Of a stretch of 64,000 nt of DNA, positions 1 to 12,573 are shown in pieces. The first letter of the stretch is position 1. Every line of letters starts with the position of its first letter. The DNA comes from the human T2T-CHM13v2.0 reference genome, Homo sapiens. The DNA is taken from NCBI RefSeq assembly GCF_009914755.1, contig NC_060928.1; one strand, 5' to 3'. Under the pieces are notes generated by a model. That model did not search any database, had not been told where the DNA came from, and saw only the letters and a list, made by a program, of their open reading frames with translations. The position numbers were made by a program, and so were the translations under genes.

Positions 1-440
1 TCTACAAGCTGGAGATTCTGGGATGCTGGTAATGGTGGCTCAGTTCACATTTGAACGCCTCAGAACCAGGGAAGACAATGGTGTAACTCTCAAGCCAAGG
101 CCAAAAGCCTCAGGACCTGGGGCACCACTGGTATAAGTCCTGGAGTCCAAAGGGCAGCAGGCCTGGAGTTCTGATGTCCCCAGCGGCAGAAGAAAAGTCT
201 GTCTCAGCTCTCAGAGAGACCAATTTGCCTTCTTTATTTTGTTCTCTCTAGGACCCCTGCCATTTGGATGGTATCCATTAATGTTGAGGGCAGATCTTCC
301 CCATCTAGTTCACTCAGACTCACACTAATTTCCTCTGGAAACACCCTCACAGACACACCTAAAATAATGCTCTACCAGGTTTCTAGGTACTCCTTAATTC
401 AGTCAAGTTAAAATCCAGTCAAAGTAAAATTAAGTCCACA
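1..440 (-). mobile_element. MLT2 (ERVL) LTR, MLT2B-like, cut by window start; followed by ERVL internal 3' end (441-~600)
   Basis: Motifs CAAGCTGGAGA, CTCAGAACCAGGGAAG, GGAAACACCCTCACAGACACACC and terminal AAAATTAAGTCCACA; 441-560 closely resembles 22969-23070, which flanks the other MLT2 LTR. Confidence 0.85.
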
Positions 441-790
441 AGTCTGCCCCTTGTCTACTTGGCACCCACACACATCTCTTTAAACCATACTTAATTCCAA
501 ATAAAGACAATAATAAGGTAATAGTTTTACCTAACATGATGCAACTGACACGATGTAACTATCCTTCACACAGCCAGATATACACTAATCCCTTTCCCCA
601 GAATTTGGCTTCTTGGATTTCAGCACTCAGGATTTTAATCTTTTAGAATTGGGATTTTCAGAGTTTTAGATGTTACGGATTTTAAATGTTAAGGATCAAA
701 AGATCCTTAGACGTTTTAATCTGTTGGAATCTCAACATTCGGGATTATGGTGTTCAGGGTTGTGTCTCTCTGGATTATGACAGGCATTGC
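1..790. mobile_element. Right-hand end of a Ricksha-type (MuDR-like) non-autonomous DNA transposon carrying an MLT2 LTR and ERVL internal fragment
   Basis: 600-790 is a GGATTTT-rich subterminal region ending in CAACATTCGGGATTATGGTGTTCAGGGTTGTGTCTCTCTGGATTATGAC, resembling the Ricksha TIR; it directly follows the MLT2/ERVL segment at 1-600, the known composite structure of Ricksha. Confidence 0.7.
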
Positions 791-1365
791 TTTCTTAAGC
801 CATCAGAGCAGGCAAAAATGAATTTCACCCAGGCTTTTCCTACAATATGAAAACTTGCTATAGGACTCTCCAGATCCCTTTCTTGACCAGAGACCAAATA
901 TGCTAGCACCACCATCCCTTGATTTGCAGGGCCCACTGAAGTTTTTGGTATACTACTGTGGAATTCCAGATAGTACAGTGGCTAAGATGTAGGAAATGTT
1001 TTCCATCTCTGTTAGTTTATGAATAGCCTATCTTAGAGTTATTTACATCATTCTTCAAACAAAATCTATTTTTAAACGCCCAACTGCATAACTGACTGAA
1101 ATGTTCATTTTTATACAATCATATGGTAACTTACAGTACAGATCTAGAGAAGTAGCAAAATTTGGAAGTAAGAATGAACAAAAATGCTCAAGAGACATTT
1201 TAATATCTTAAAGAAAACCCCCAGAGAGGCATCTGCTAAAAACATAACATAGTTTTAAGTTCTGGGGTACCCCTCTCCCCTAAAAAAATTGGATTTCTAA
1301 ATAGCTACATTTGTAAGGTCTTCCTGATTATTCCAGAGGCATTTTGTCACGTGACTCCAACATGA

Positions 1366-2400
1366 CAAACTTATTCTTGTTATTTGCAAAAGTTATAGTG
1401 TATAAGATTGCCACAAACACTGAATTCACAAATTCTGAACCATTGCTCCTAGGGGAAATACAAGGTTAGATTCCTGTAAGCCTCTGGTTACAACATTTTC
1501 GGCAACCATTCAATACATAACCTTGCTTCATGTATGTTTTTGTTTAAAGATACCTTATTTAATATATATTGTTGATTCATTAACATTGAACTTACTGCCA
1601 ACAGCGTATTTAACTCATGCTTGAACAAAGCCTACCTCACACACACAAGTTCTCCATAAGACACGTTACAGACTTCTTGCATTTAGGAATGCTGGAAAGC
1701 AGTTAAGCACTGTGTTTGAACCATTTCCAACAGCAAAACCACCAACAGAAAGCACAAAAATTGTTTATATGTGGCACTAAATAAATTCTGAAAATGACAC
1801 TTGGTTACACTATAAGAGCTGAACCGAGAAGGCAGGGCATCACCTTGTTAGAGTGTTGGGCAACTCAAATTTTTCAACCCTCTGCACATGTCTGACGATG
1901 GCTGTGCAAGTGCTGTGAATATTGATTTGGAGGGTATGCTGGGCTGTTCTTGCATTGCTATAAAGAAATACTTCAGATAGGGCAACTTATAAAAAAAGAG
2001 GTTTAACTGATCCGTGGTTCTGCAGGCTGTACAGGAAGTGCAGGGGCATCTGCTTCTGGGGCACCTCCCTCAGGGAGCTTTTACTCATGGTGGAAGGTGA
2101 AGCAGAAGCAGGAACTTCACATGGCAAAAGCAGGAGCAAGGGGTGGGGAGGTGCCACACACTTTTAAACAACCATACTTCGTGAAAACTCACTATCACAA
2201 AGACACCACGAAGCCATGAGGGATCCGCCTCCATGACCCAAACACCTCCCACCGGGCCCCACCTCCAGCATTAGGGATTACAATTCAACATGGGATTTAG
2301 GTGGGGACAAATATCCAAACTATATCAAGGGGTTACAAGTAAATTTTTGCAAGTAGGTGAATTGCAAATACAAAATCAATGAATAATAAGGATCAACTAT
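1366..2400 (+). mobile_element. MER82-like Tigger (TcMar) DNA transposon, split by an MST LTR
   Basis: CTGAACCATTGCTCCTAGGGGAAATACAAGGTTAG near the 5' end, GAATAATAAGGATCAACT at the 3' end; sequence resumes after the 1935-2327 insert. Confidence 0.75.
1935..2327 (-). mobile_element. MSTA/MSTB-type MaLR solo LTR
   Basis: GTTCTTGCATTGCTATAAAGAAATAC start, ends GGGGACAAATATCCAAACTATATCA; near-TSD GAGGG/AGGGG. Confidence 0.9.
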
Positions 2401-2986
2401 ACTCTCACCATCATGGTCAATAAAGTCATACCATCAACGGGAAGTCCCTATTTTAGATTTGATACATACAGAGCAGCATTTTCTAAGGTCCTTTTTCAGT
2501 GATGTAATGCTGCAACCAAATATATTATTGTACCATAAACAGTGTTATTTGTAACATTTTCAATTATTTAAATCACTCTTGCCTTGTGACAATCAACAGT
2601 TGCTGTATTTTATTAAAAATGTATAATGTGGCCTTAATTAAGTCACATGTGTTTAGCACTCTGCAAATGTTTAAGTGCCCAGAAGATGCTATAAAACTTA
2701 ACAATGATGTTAATACCCACATGAAATTGTTTAAACTGTCAAAAGGGGAGCATCTATGCCAATGTCAGAATGCCAGTCCAAAGGTTCTATTTCAAAAATG
2801 CTTAATCAAAAAATAAAATGAAATAATAAAAAAGCACATTCAAACAGACATTTGAATTAGCGGTACAGAGAAGAAATGGAGGTAGGTGACAAAGAAATAG
2901 ATATCTATGACCTAAAATACAAACTCAAAAATGCTGATAAAAATTCAATCTGCAAGGTGTTGATTAGAGGTAAAAAATAAATTTAA

Positions 2987-3295
2987 GGCCGGGCGCAGCG
3001 GCTCACGCCTGTAATCCCAATGCTTTGGGAGGCTGAGGTGGGCGAATCATGAGGTCAAGAGATCAAGACCATGCTGGCCAACATGGTGAAACCCCATCTC
3101 TACTAAATACAAAAAAATTAGCCAGGCGTGGTGGCGCATGCCTGTAGTCCCAGGTACTCAGGAGTCTGAGGCAGGAGAATCGCTTGATCCCGGAAGGCAG
3201 AAGTTGCAGTGAACCGAGATAGAGTGCCACTGCACTCCAGCCTGGGAACAGAAGCGAGACTCCATCTCAAAAAAATAAAAAAATAATAATAAATA
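2987..3295 (+). mobile_element. Alu (AluSc-like)
   Basis: Full dimer GGCCGGGCGC...; GAGGTCAAGAGATCAAGACCAT diagnostic; A-rich tail; AAATAAATTTAA on both flanks. Confidence 0.95.
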
Positions 3296-3852
3296 AATAA
3301 ATTTAAAAATTTTCTTACATTAAAGTTAATCAATAAAATTATTCATGGCCAGTGAGAGTTACAATATAATTGTGACTCATAACAATTGTTATTACATTCC
3401 AGTATTCCAAACCCACCAAATACTCATAGTCAAGCTTCATGTTACATGACAAACTAATCTACACATTTTAGAATTCTACCATGTAGAATTTCTAAGATTT
3501 AGCTATTATTTAGTTCAACTTCCTCATTTTACATATTAGTGACCACCAGCTCAGTTTACAGTAATCTCAAGCTGCAGCACATTCTTGTTTGTGGTGTGTA
3601 TTATATATCAAAGAAGGCAAAAATTCACAGAGAAATCCAGGAAAGACAACTGCAGAGAGGCAGTGGCTCTTTTTACATGACGTGAGGTGTGTGGTCAGGG
3701 ATGAAATCAAACAAGGCCATTTGAGTGAGCACTGTAGCTCTGCTTGCTTTATGTTTTTAAGCTACTCTAAATTCTATCCTGACCATCCAAACTAAATGGG
3801 ATTTTCTAAACAGGTTTATTAAGGTTTATTGGAAAAGATGTTTCTTTATTGC

Positions 3853-4100
3853 TGAGAGGCAACATGGAAGAATGGAAATGCGCAACCTTGCAATTCAGGC
3901 AGACCTGGTCTAAACCTCGGCACTCTGTTACTAAATATGTGATTTTAGGCAAGTCAGAAACTTGCTGAATTTGTTTTTTTATGTGCAGAAGAAGGAAATT
4001 AAATACTTACACAAAATGGTAGTGTTTTGAAAACTAAACAGCTTAAACTATAAAGAATATCTAACATAGAACTTAGTTATATACAATTACTCAACATACG
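3853..4100 (+). mobile_element. MIR SINE remnant
   Basis: CAGACCTGGTCTAAACCTCGGCACTCTGTTACTAAATATGTGATTTTAGGCAAGTCA core. Confidence 0.65.
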
Positions 4101-7006
4101 ATAGTTCTTTGGCCCTGGATAATGTCAAAAAATTCTGAAGTCATCATTTCAATTTCTTGGGTTAGCCCAGATGTTACCAAAAATCCAAATATGACTGTCG
4201 TTGATTTCAGAAGTCACCCAGTTCTTAATACAACCAATTTGCAGAGTAAGCAGATGGGAAGAGAAAAATGTACCTTTAAATCCTAAGTACAAAAATCAAT
4301 ACTTTGTCAATAAAGCCACACCATGAACAGGAGAACATATCATAATTCATGCTGACAATTTTTCCCTCTAAGTCTTTGGCACAATATACTTAGAATTCAT
4401 CATACGAATTGATTTTCTAACATGACACACTGAAAAAGAAGTAAGATAGTTCGTATTACTATTTCAGTCAATAAAAATTACAAGATGACTTTAGATATTG
4501 AATGAGAAAATACTGATGATGTTAAGTAACACTCCTATAAATTGTGGCTGAAATTTTGATTCACCTTTATAACATATAGAGTCACTGTCTTCAACAGAAA
4601 GATTTTAGACTGAATTATCCTAATAATTGTGTCATCGATTAAATGCATTTGTGTAGCTACCAAGAAAGACTTGATCAAGAATGTTAGCCAATAATAATTT
4701 CCTAATGTAAGCTGCATTCTCCTTTACAACACAAAATATATCCATTCAATTGGTCTGCAATTACATCCATAGAATTTTTCTTTCTGAGATATATATAAGT
4801 AACCTCTGTGACAAATCATGTAATTTGGTCTAGACCAGAAAGAACAATACATTATAAATCAGTGTCTCATTTTGCTATAATCGCCTCCTTAAAATAGCTA
4901 CAACTGGATCAATGTCTCAGATTCTGTTTTATTATACCCACATTCTTAAAAGCATCAGTGACAAAACACTAACTGACTAAGGCAGAAGAGCAGCTGGTTC
5001 CATGGCTTCATAAAAAGAATGTTCTGAAAACAGTTCAAGAATGTTTGATGCACTTCACAAGGATTCTGTTCTAAAATTTCAAAGCCACATTAAAAAGTGA
5101 TAACTGCTATCTTCAGTGGAAAAGAGGAAGTCCAAAATGATAGAATTGGACCAAATGTTAGCAAAAACTATTTCTGGGTTACTTATGAATTCTTCTTTCT
5201 TCTTTCCTTCCTTCCAAATATGGCTTTCACCTGCATATTAAGTATTTAAGGACCTGGGGTTGTTTTTATTTCTTTAAGGCAGACACAGCTTTTTAATGCT
5301 TATCATCTGTATAGCATTCCAATTCACTTAGCACAACAGAGGAATGTACTGCCTAATGAAAACATAATTACTTTTATAATCAACTACTTAATAAATGTAT
5401 TACTTATTTTATTTTGAGGCTGCTAATTCCATGTTCTCTTTGTCTTGTTCTTTCTTTGTCCCTACATGTTAATTACGCTTGGTTTTCTTTCCATAGTAGT
5501 CTGACTGTCATATTCATTCTGATCCAACTAGTACAAAACTATCTTACCTCACAAACATCAGGAAACAGAGATATTGAAAGACAGTGAGTATGTGGATTTT
5601 TTTTCTTTCTTCTGACTATTGGAAAAAGTCATATCTAATTCCATTTGTTTGAGGAAGCTCATTGAGCACTGAATAAGCACTGGAAGAACAGATTCAAAAA
5701 CCCAGTTATAAGCTATATGTGCAACCTTTAGTAATGTGATCCACATTCCTGAGATTCAATTTATTCATCATGTAGGAGACAGGTAAGATTATAATAATAC
5801 TGACATACTTCACAAAGATATTGTGAAGAATGACTAATAAACGAGGCCTTTGACATTACTATATAGTGCATGAAGCCCCATTACTCATGCTGCAGTGTTC
5901 TGCAGTGGGTAATTATAGGCTTCCAGAGGCCAAAGTACATAATGTACCATACTTAATACTGCTTGATAGGTACAACTCTGTCACCCTTTTCCATCTACTC
6001 AACAATTTCATGGTCTTCAGATCATAGCTACTGCTTCCAAACATAATACTGCACTGTTAACAAGGTCCACAACTTGAGCAACAGAAGTGCAACAGAATAC
6101 TTTCAGCTTCAAATATTCTGCTTTCCTACCTATTTACTCCATACAAACTTGTTCTCAATGGTCAATCTATTGCCCCACACTATTTCTTGAAGCAGCCTTA
6201 TTCAATCTTACTGCATTATCACATTATAGAAAAAATAATGGGTAGAAGCCTATGTGAACAAATTAATTTTTTCCATGGTAAAACTAAAGTAAATATTCTT
6301 CCCACATCAAAATGTCTCTTTGCATAAATAAAGGCCAAGCGTTAAAGATAAGGCTTGGGCAAGAATTCTCAATCATCTCCACTCTTCTTTTTTCTGAACT
6401 GTTTTTCTCCTTCAAGACTGTGCCTTCCCCTTTTCTAACATTATTCTCCAGAAGTAAGCCTGTTAGCAGTGTGATAGACTCTCCAACATCTACTCTACTC
6501 CTAAATGTTTAAAGTAAGCCAACTATGGCAATTTCTTCTCTGTTGACAATTGTTAATATTAGTTTCAGAAAAGAGTAGGTCTATGTCAATTTGGTTTGTT
6601 AAGGGTTTCTGGGGGAAAAAAGCTAATCCTGCTCTCTTTCTCTCTCCCCTCCCCCTGCATGTTAAGAATCAGGAAACATGTCAAAGTTGCTGCTGGCAGC
6701 CATCTTAGATAACAAAAAAACTTGCCTCAGTATAAAGCCACCAAAGAAGCACTTCCAGACTGGCAGAATAAGGACCTCCCAAAATTCACTTCTCCCTGGC
6801 AATAAGAACACCAGCAAAAATGGTCACAATCATATTTTCCAGAACTCTGGAAATTAACCAAAGGCCTGCAACAATCTGATGAATTTTTATTCAGGAAAAA
6901 CAGTTGAATCTCTATAAGAACAGCAAGTTGTGGAATTTTAACTTAGCCTATTCCCATCCCGTTCTTCCCAACCTTAAATACCAGTAGCCTCAAAACCATA
7001 GAAGCT

Positions 7007-7148
7007 TATATTTTTCAGAGGAAAAAACACTACTGTAAATTGTGAATAGCCAATACATAACTGTATTGTACGCAAATCTGTGATTGCTGGCAGTGTCATC
7101 TCTGAGAAACAGATAAATAAAGTTTATTTACTATATTTAAAAAAAAAC
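7007..7148 (+). pseudogene. Short 5'-truncated retrocopy (3'-UTR-like) with polyA signal, A-tail and TSD; source unidentified
   Basis: AATAAA at 7116-7121, A9 at 7139-7147, flanking 14-bp direct repeats AAACCATAGAAGCT (6993-7006) and AAACCACAGAAGCT (7149-7162). Confidence 0.75.
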
Positions 7149-7659
7149 AAACCACAGAAGCTGTGAAACCCAGCAGTCACTGTTTGGGTCAGAACAGGTT
7201 TGGAGCTCCTCCCAAAAGCTCCATCCCAGAGACTTGTCACAGTTTGACCTGTGACAAGCTCTATTCTCAGGAATAAATTTTTGACCCCACTCAGAGATTG
7301 CTAAGTGAGAAAATACCTATCCCCAGAGTGTTTGTTAAAAACAATCAGCAGCAATTTTTTAAGATCTCAGTGGCCAGAGTCAGTGACACCAGTTAGGGCT
7401 AACAAGAGACTGACAAAAAATTGTAAGCAAAATCTGGTTAATAAGACATTCATAACAGGCTTTGAAAACCTCCAATATATTCCTGGGGGATCTAAATAGG
7501 CACTTGGATGTGCAGGGCTATGTGCCTATCCAGGGAAGATCTGAGAAGATACTCATATCTCATTTCTGATTGACCTTAAGGCAATGCACAAGCAAGAAGT
7601 GAAAGCTAAGACAGAGTTGTAAACTGCTGGAGCACTGAAGGTATGCCCCCAACAAACAT

Positions 7660-7694
7660 ACACCCACACACGAATACACACACACACACACACA
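7660..7694. repeat. (CA)n microsatellite
   Basis: Direct reading. Confidence 0.9.
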
Positions 7695-9749
7695 GCCCCT
7701 CCACAAAGAATGGGAGACTTACTGATTCAAGAAATTTAAGGATATCTCAGTCTAACCATTAGCTGACCACTAAATTCAATGAGCAGATACTTCTGTGGCA
7801 ATATATGACAAAGAGGAAAGAATTCATCCAGTAAAGTCATAAAACAAACAAACAGCAAGGTGCAGGTAAAACTCAATCTATAGGCATAGATTGTACAATT
7901 AGGGCTAAGTGTAATGTCTTGTGTGACACAGATTTTGCAGTTACATTCAGGTGTAATTTCATCTATGGTGAAGGTATTCATTATCTATTTATAGCAAAGT
8001 TATTTCTAAGAATAACCTTCTCATTGGCACAGATTGGGCAGTTAGCTCTAGGTGGAATCTCCCTGTGACACAGATTCTTCTATACTTCTCCACACCCCAT
8101 AGTAATTAGGCACTGGACTGAATATACTGTAGGTGCTTAATACGTAATACTGATTTCTTATATATTGCTTATACTTTGTTGTTATTTCATTCATATTCAT
8201 AAAATTAAGGATAAAAAGTTATATCCCATTGTAAAATAATAACAGCTCAAGAAACCACCAAGAAACAAACACTTAGATTTTTAAAAGTATAACTTCGGAG
8301 AAGTGATTCACTTTACAAAAGATTTCTTCACTTTTGTAATATCACTTTAAATTAGAAGCTCCCATATGCATTTAAAACATTTAATTTATAAAACTTTATG
8401 TTATACACAATTTTTCCAGAATATATTTGCCAAATAAAGGAAGATATAAGAAACCAAGATTTGTTTCCTCTAAATAAGAGCTATTTTGAATTTTCTGGTT
8501 TGCTAGGCATCAGAGGCAGCAGAACCTGACAGAGAACATTAGTCCTGAATTGAATGAAATGCAAAGCCATTCCCCAAACACCTGTAACGCCTATAGCTCA
8601 TTCTTAAAAGCTCTCATAAAACTTAAGAGTACAACCACAAATGGCCACTTTTCCATTCAATACTTCAGGAAATGAATATATTATGTTCAATCTATAAGCC
8701 TGGCACAAAATTTAGTTGACTGCTAAATATTGTTTATATTTTAAAAAGTCATCCTTATCCAAGAAAACTATTTTCATTCTGAGTCTCCTCCAAAAATTAA
8801 TTTCTTCTAGAAATGCCTTTTTATTTGTTGTTCTGCACACTTTAAAATATAATCTTGTTTTGAGAACATTTTTGATGCAATCTTTCTCTCCAATGACTTA
8901 CATTATTTAAATATCATTTACAAACCATGTTAAAAGCTATGGATGCTGGATATGAGTCTTTATTATATCTAGTTCTCAACAGGAATTGATATGCAAAATA
9001 GCCAGACTAGACTCTTTTTGCTCCTCTAAAAAAAAATTGTTTAAGTGTACAAAAAAAATTTCTAGGAACATTGTTATACAGTTTCACATTATGTAGAATG
9101 GTCACTGAAAATGAAGGAAATACATCAAAATATCTCATAAGCATGTAAAATTAAAATCTGATTTTTAAAAATTTTAAAAATTTATACTACCAGTTAGTTG
9201 AACATGCTAAAAAGCCAAGTGATCTGAATCACTTATTTACAAGAGATAGCACTTACAATATGCCCTATTTTATAAAAACACTAGATATCATCCCAGGATC
9301 CCAGTAGCAGTACTTTTCTATCCTTCATGGGAAAGCAAGAGAGGAAACAAAAAAACATTTCTAATGTGATCTTCACGTTACAAAAAATAAGTGCTGAGGC
9401 ATAACTGCTCAAATAAATGGCACAGCTAGGGAAATAGAAAGGAAGGGCAATTTGTCTCCATTCATAAGTGGAGATGAATAAAACATCTCATACACGAGGT
9501 ATTTAGAAAAATTATCTTTCAGAGCTCAACATATTTTGGGGGAAAATTAGGGTCCACCCAGATGGAACTTTTCAAATGAAAAATTTACAAGGGCATAAAC
9601 CTTCAACCAGGGCAGTAAAGAGAGAAATAAAAATCACATGAATAAATAAGAGAGTTGCCGTAAGGGTTATTTAAAGCCAAAATTGGCAAGTTTCCACTGG
9701 TACTAATGCACAGAATGTATACTGGTAAAGGAATGGCTTGATGGCAATC

Positions 9750-10355
9750 TTTTTTTTTTTTTTGCTTTAAAAAATTATTTATTTGTGTGATAAAATATGC
9801 ATAATGGAAAATTTACCTTTTAACATTTTTAATTGTACAGTTCAGTGACATTAAGTATACTCATATTGTTGTACAACCATCACTACCACCCATCCACAGA
9901 ACATTTTTTACCTGCAAAACTGAAACTCTGTGCCCATTAAACAATAACTGCCTGTTCTAGGCCCCCATTCCCAGCCCTTGGCAACCACTTTGTCTCTGAA
10001 TTTGACTACTCTAAGTACCTCATGTAAGTAAAACAATATATTTTTTGTCCTTTTGTTCCTACCTTCTTTCACTTAACATAGTATCTTCAAGGATCATCCA
10101 TGTCATAGCATGTGTCAGAATATCTTTTCTTTTTTAAGCCTATATGATAGTCCATTGTATATACATACTACATTTTGTTTATTCATCTGTCAGTGAATAC
10201 TTGTGTTGCTTCTACATTTTGGCTATTGCTAATATGTTGCTGTGAACGTGGGTATACAACTATCTCTTTGAGATCCTGTTTTCATTTCCCTTGAGGTATA
10301 CACCCATAAGTGGAATTGCTGGATCTTATGGTAATTCTGTTTTTAATATTTTGGT
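9750..10355 (-). mobile_element. L1MB-type LINE-1 3' end
   Basis: PolyT, then TGTACAGTTCAGTGACATTAAGTATACTCATATTGTTGTACAACCATCAC and GTGGAATTGCTGGATCTTATGGTAATTCT. Confidence 0.85.
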
Positions 10356-11255
10356 ACACTTTTATTATTGGGCTTAGATTTTTTTCCTAATCAAGTTTTT
10401 TACCAAGCAGCTTTAGGGAGAGAATAGCGAAACACATACTTTTTAAGTATTGCCTCAGACTTTAGGCAGAGTTTTGGCCCATTATGATAATCTAAGTAGC
10501 ACCCATGTACTGAATAAGTGAATTCAAAGAAAGGTTATGTCAGGCAACTATCTCAAAGTTTTATTATCTCTGCTTGCAATTTTTGTTCAATCATCGACCA
10601 AGTGCTTGAGGGCTTACTGCATGTGAGGCTCTGTAGACTAGTATTAATGAACTTTCCTTTTGTCCTTGCAGTACCAGGTATCACTATCATGCATTTTGGA
10701 GCTTTGATCTCAATTTTCTGCCAAATGAATGGTCCTGTGTTTTGTGCTTGTTCGTTTACAAACAGAGATCCCTCTGACCACTGTGGAACTAGAAGGTGTG
10801 TGGTCAGAGAACCATGAATGGGCTGCTCTCTGCCTCTCACAGCAGCTCTGCTTCTCCTTGGGACTACTCCTTGTTTTCCCCATTCCTAGCCCATTCTCTG
10901 TATATCCTTGGTCCAGATTCCAGAGGGTCTGCCAACTTGCACCCCATTCAGGCATCCATTACCAATATTTATGAAGCCCAGCATTTCTCTGGTACAGAGC
11001 AGGCAGTGGAAATTCCCTTTTGATGATAGATAACAGCTCCTGCATGCAGACTGGTGGGGGTAGGAGAGTAGAGGTAGCCACTTTCTGGATGGGAGTACTG
11101 TCATCAACCCGAGGGGAACCCCTTCATAGGCTAATCAGTAATTCCTGAGAGGCCCAATAAGGGCAATGACAACTACTCAAGTCAAACAGGTTTCTACTGA
11201 TGGAAATCTTTGAACCAACTACTCTTAAATGCATTCCATCATTGCTAAAAGAATA

Positions 11256-11504
11256 CGGTCATCTTTTGTTTAATGATGGGGATACATTCTGAGAACTGCA
11301 TCATTAGGCAATTTTGTCATTGTGCAAACATCATAGAGTGTACTTAAACAAACCTAGATGGTATAGCCTACTATATACCTAGGCTATATAATACAGCTAT
11401 ACTATGTATAATAGCTATATTGTAGTAATATTATATTTATATTATAGTAATATAGTAATATTTATATTATTATATAATGTAGCTCTATTATATATGTGTG
11501 TGTA

Positions 11505-11553
<49 letters not shown>

Positions 11554-12573
11554 TTATTTATTTATTTATATTGTATTGCTTGTAGGCTACAAACCTGTAC
11601 AGCAGGTAGGCAATTGTAACACAATGGTATTTGTATGTCTCAACATAGGAAAGTTACAGTAAAAATATAGTATAAAATATTTTTTTAAGTGGTACTTGTA
11701 TAAGTCACTTACCATGAATGGAGCTTGCAGGACTAGAAGTTGTTCTGGGTGAGTCAATGAGTGAGTGGTGAGTGAATGGGAAGGCCTAGGACATTACTGT
11801 ACACCACTGTAGGCCTTATAAACACAGTATACTTAGACTACACTAAATTTATTTTTTAAAATTTTCTCTTCAATAATAAATTAAGCTTAGCTATTTACTT
11901 TACAAACTTCATCATGTTTTTAATTTTTTGACTGTCTTGTAATAAATCTTAGCTTATAACACAAACACATTGTACACTTCATAGACTTCCAATTTTTAAA
12001 TTTTTTTGGTTTTACTTTTTAAACCATTTTGTTAAAAAACTAAAACACAAACACACACTTTAGCCAAGGCCTACTCAGGGTCAGGATGATCAACATCACT
12101 GTCTTCCACCTCCACATCTTGTCTCACTGGAAGGTCTTCAGGGGCAATGACACATACGGAGCTGTCATCTCTTGTGATAGCAATGCCTTCTTCTGGATGC
12201 CTCCTGATGTACCTGCCTAAGGCTATTTTACAGTTAAATTTTTTTTAATAAGTAGGGGAGCAGTCTAAAATAATGATAAATAGTATATCATAGTAAATAT
12301 ATAAACCAGTAACATAGTTGTTTATTATCATTACCAAGTATTACGTACTGTGCATAACTGTATGTGCTATACTTTTGTATGACTGGAAGTGCAGTAGGTT
12401 TGTTTACACCAGCATCACCGAAAACATGTGAGTAATGCATTGTGCCATGACATCACAACAGCTATGACATTATTAGGTGACAGTTTTTCAGCTCTATTAA
12501 AATCTATTAAAATCTGATGGGTCATATATGCAGTTTGTTACTGTTCTAAGCATTGTCATGCAGTGCAAAACTG
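11256..12573 (+). mobile_element. Tigger3 (Golem)-family DNA transposon, Tigger3b-like
   Basis: TA-flanked; GGGGATACATTCTGAGAA...AACCTAGATGGTATAGCCTAC 5' motif; ends GTCATGCAGTGCAAAACTG-TA. Confidence 0.88.
11489..11570. repeat. Compound (TG)n(TA)n(TTTA)n microsatellite inside Tigger3
   Basis: Direct reading. Confidence 0.95.

Larger units (their letters stand above)
6750..7860 (+). mobile_element. Old L1M (L1MC/L1MD-type) 5'-region fragment
   Basis: Starts ACTTCC...GGCAGAATAAGGA; CAGAACTCTGGAAATTAACCAAAGG motif typical of old L1M 5' ends; interrupted at 7007-7148. Confidence 0.6.

Noticed and set aside
10518-11107. Several overlapping ORFs on both strands and a 10-bp inverted repeat (10772-10808)
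   Set aside because: No homology recognised; ORF overlap reflects locally higher GC; a 10-bp stem with a long loop can occur by chance.
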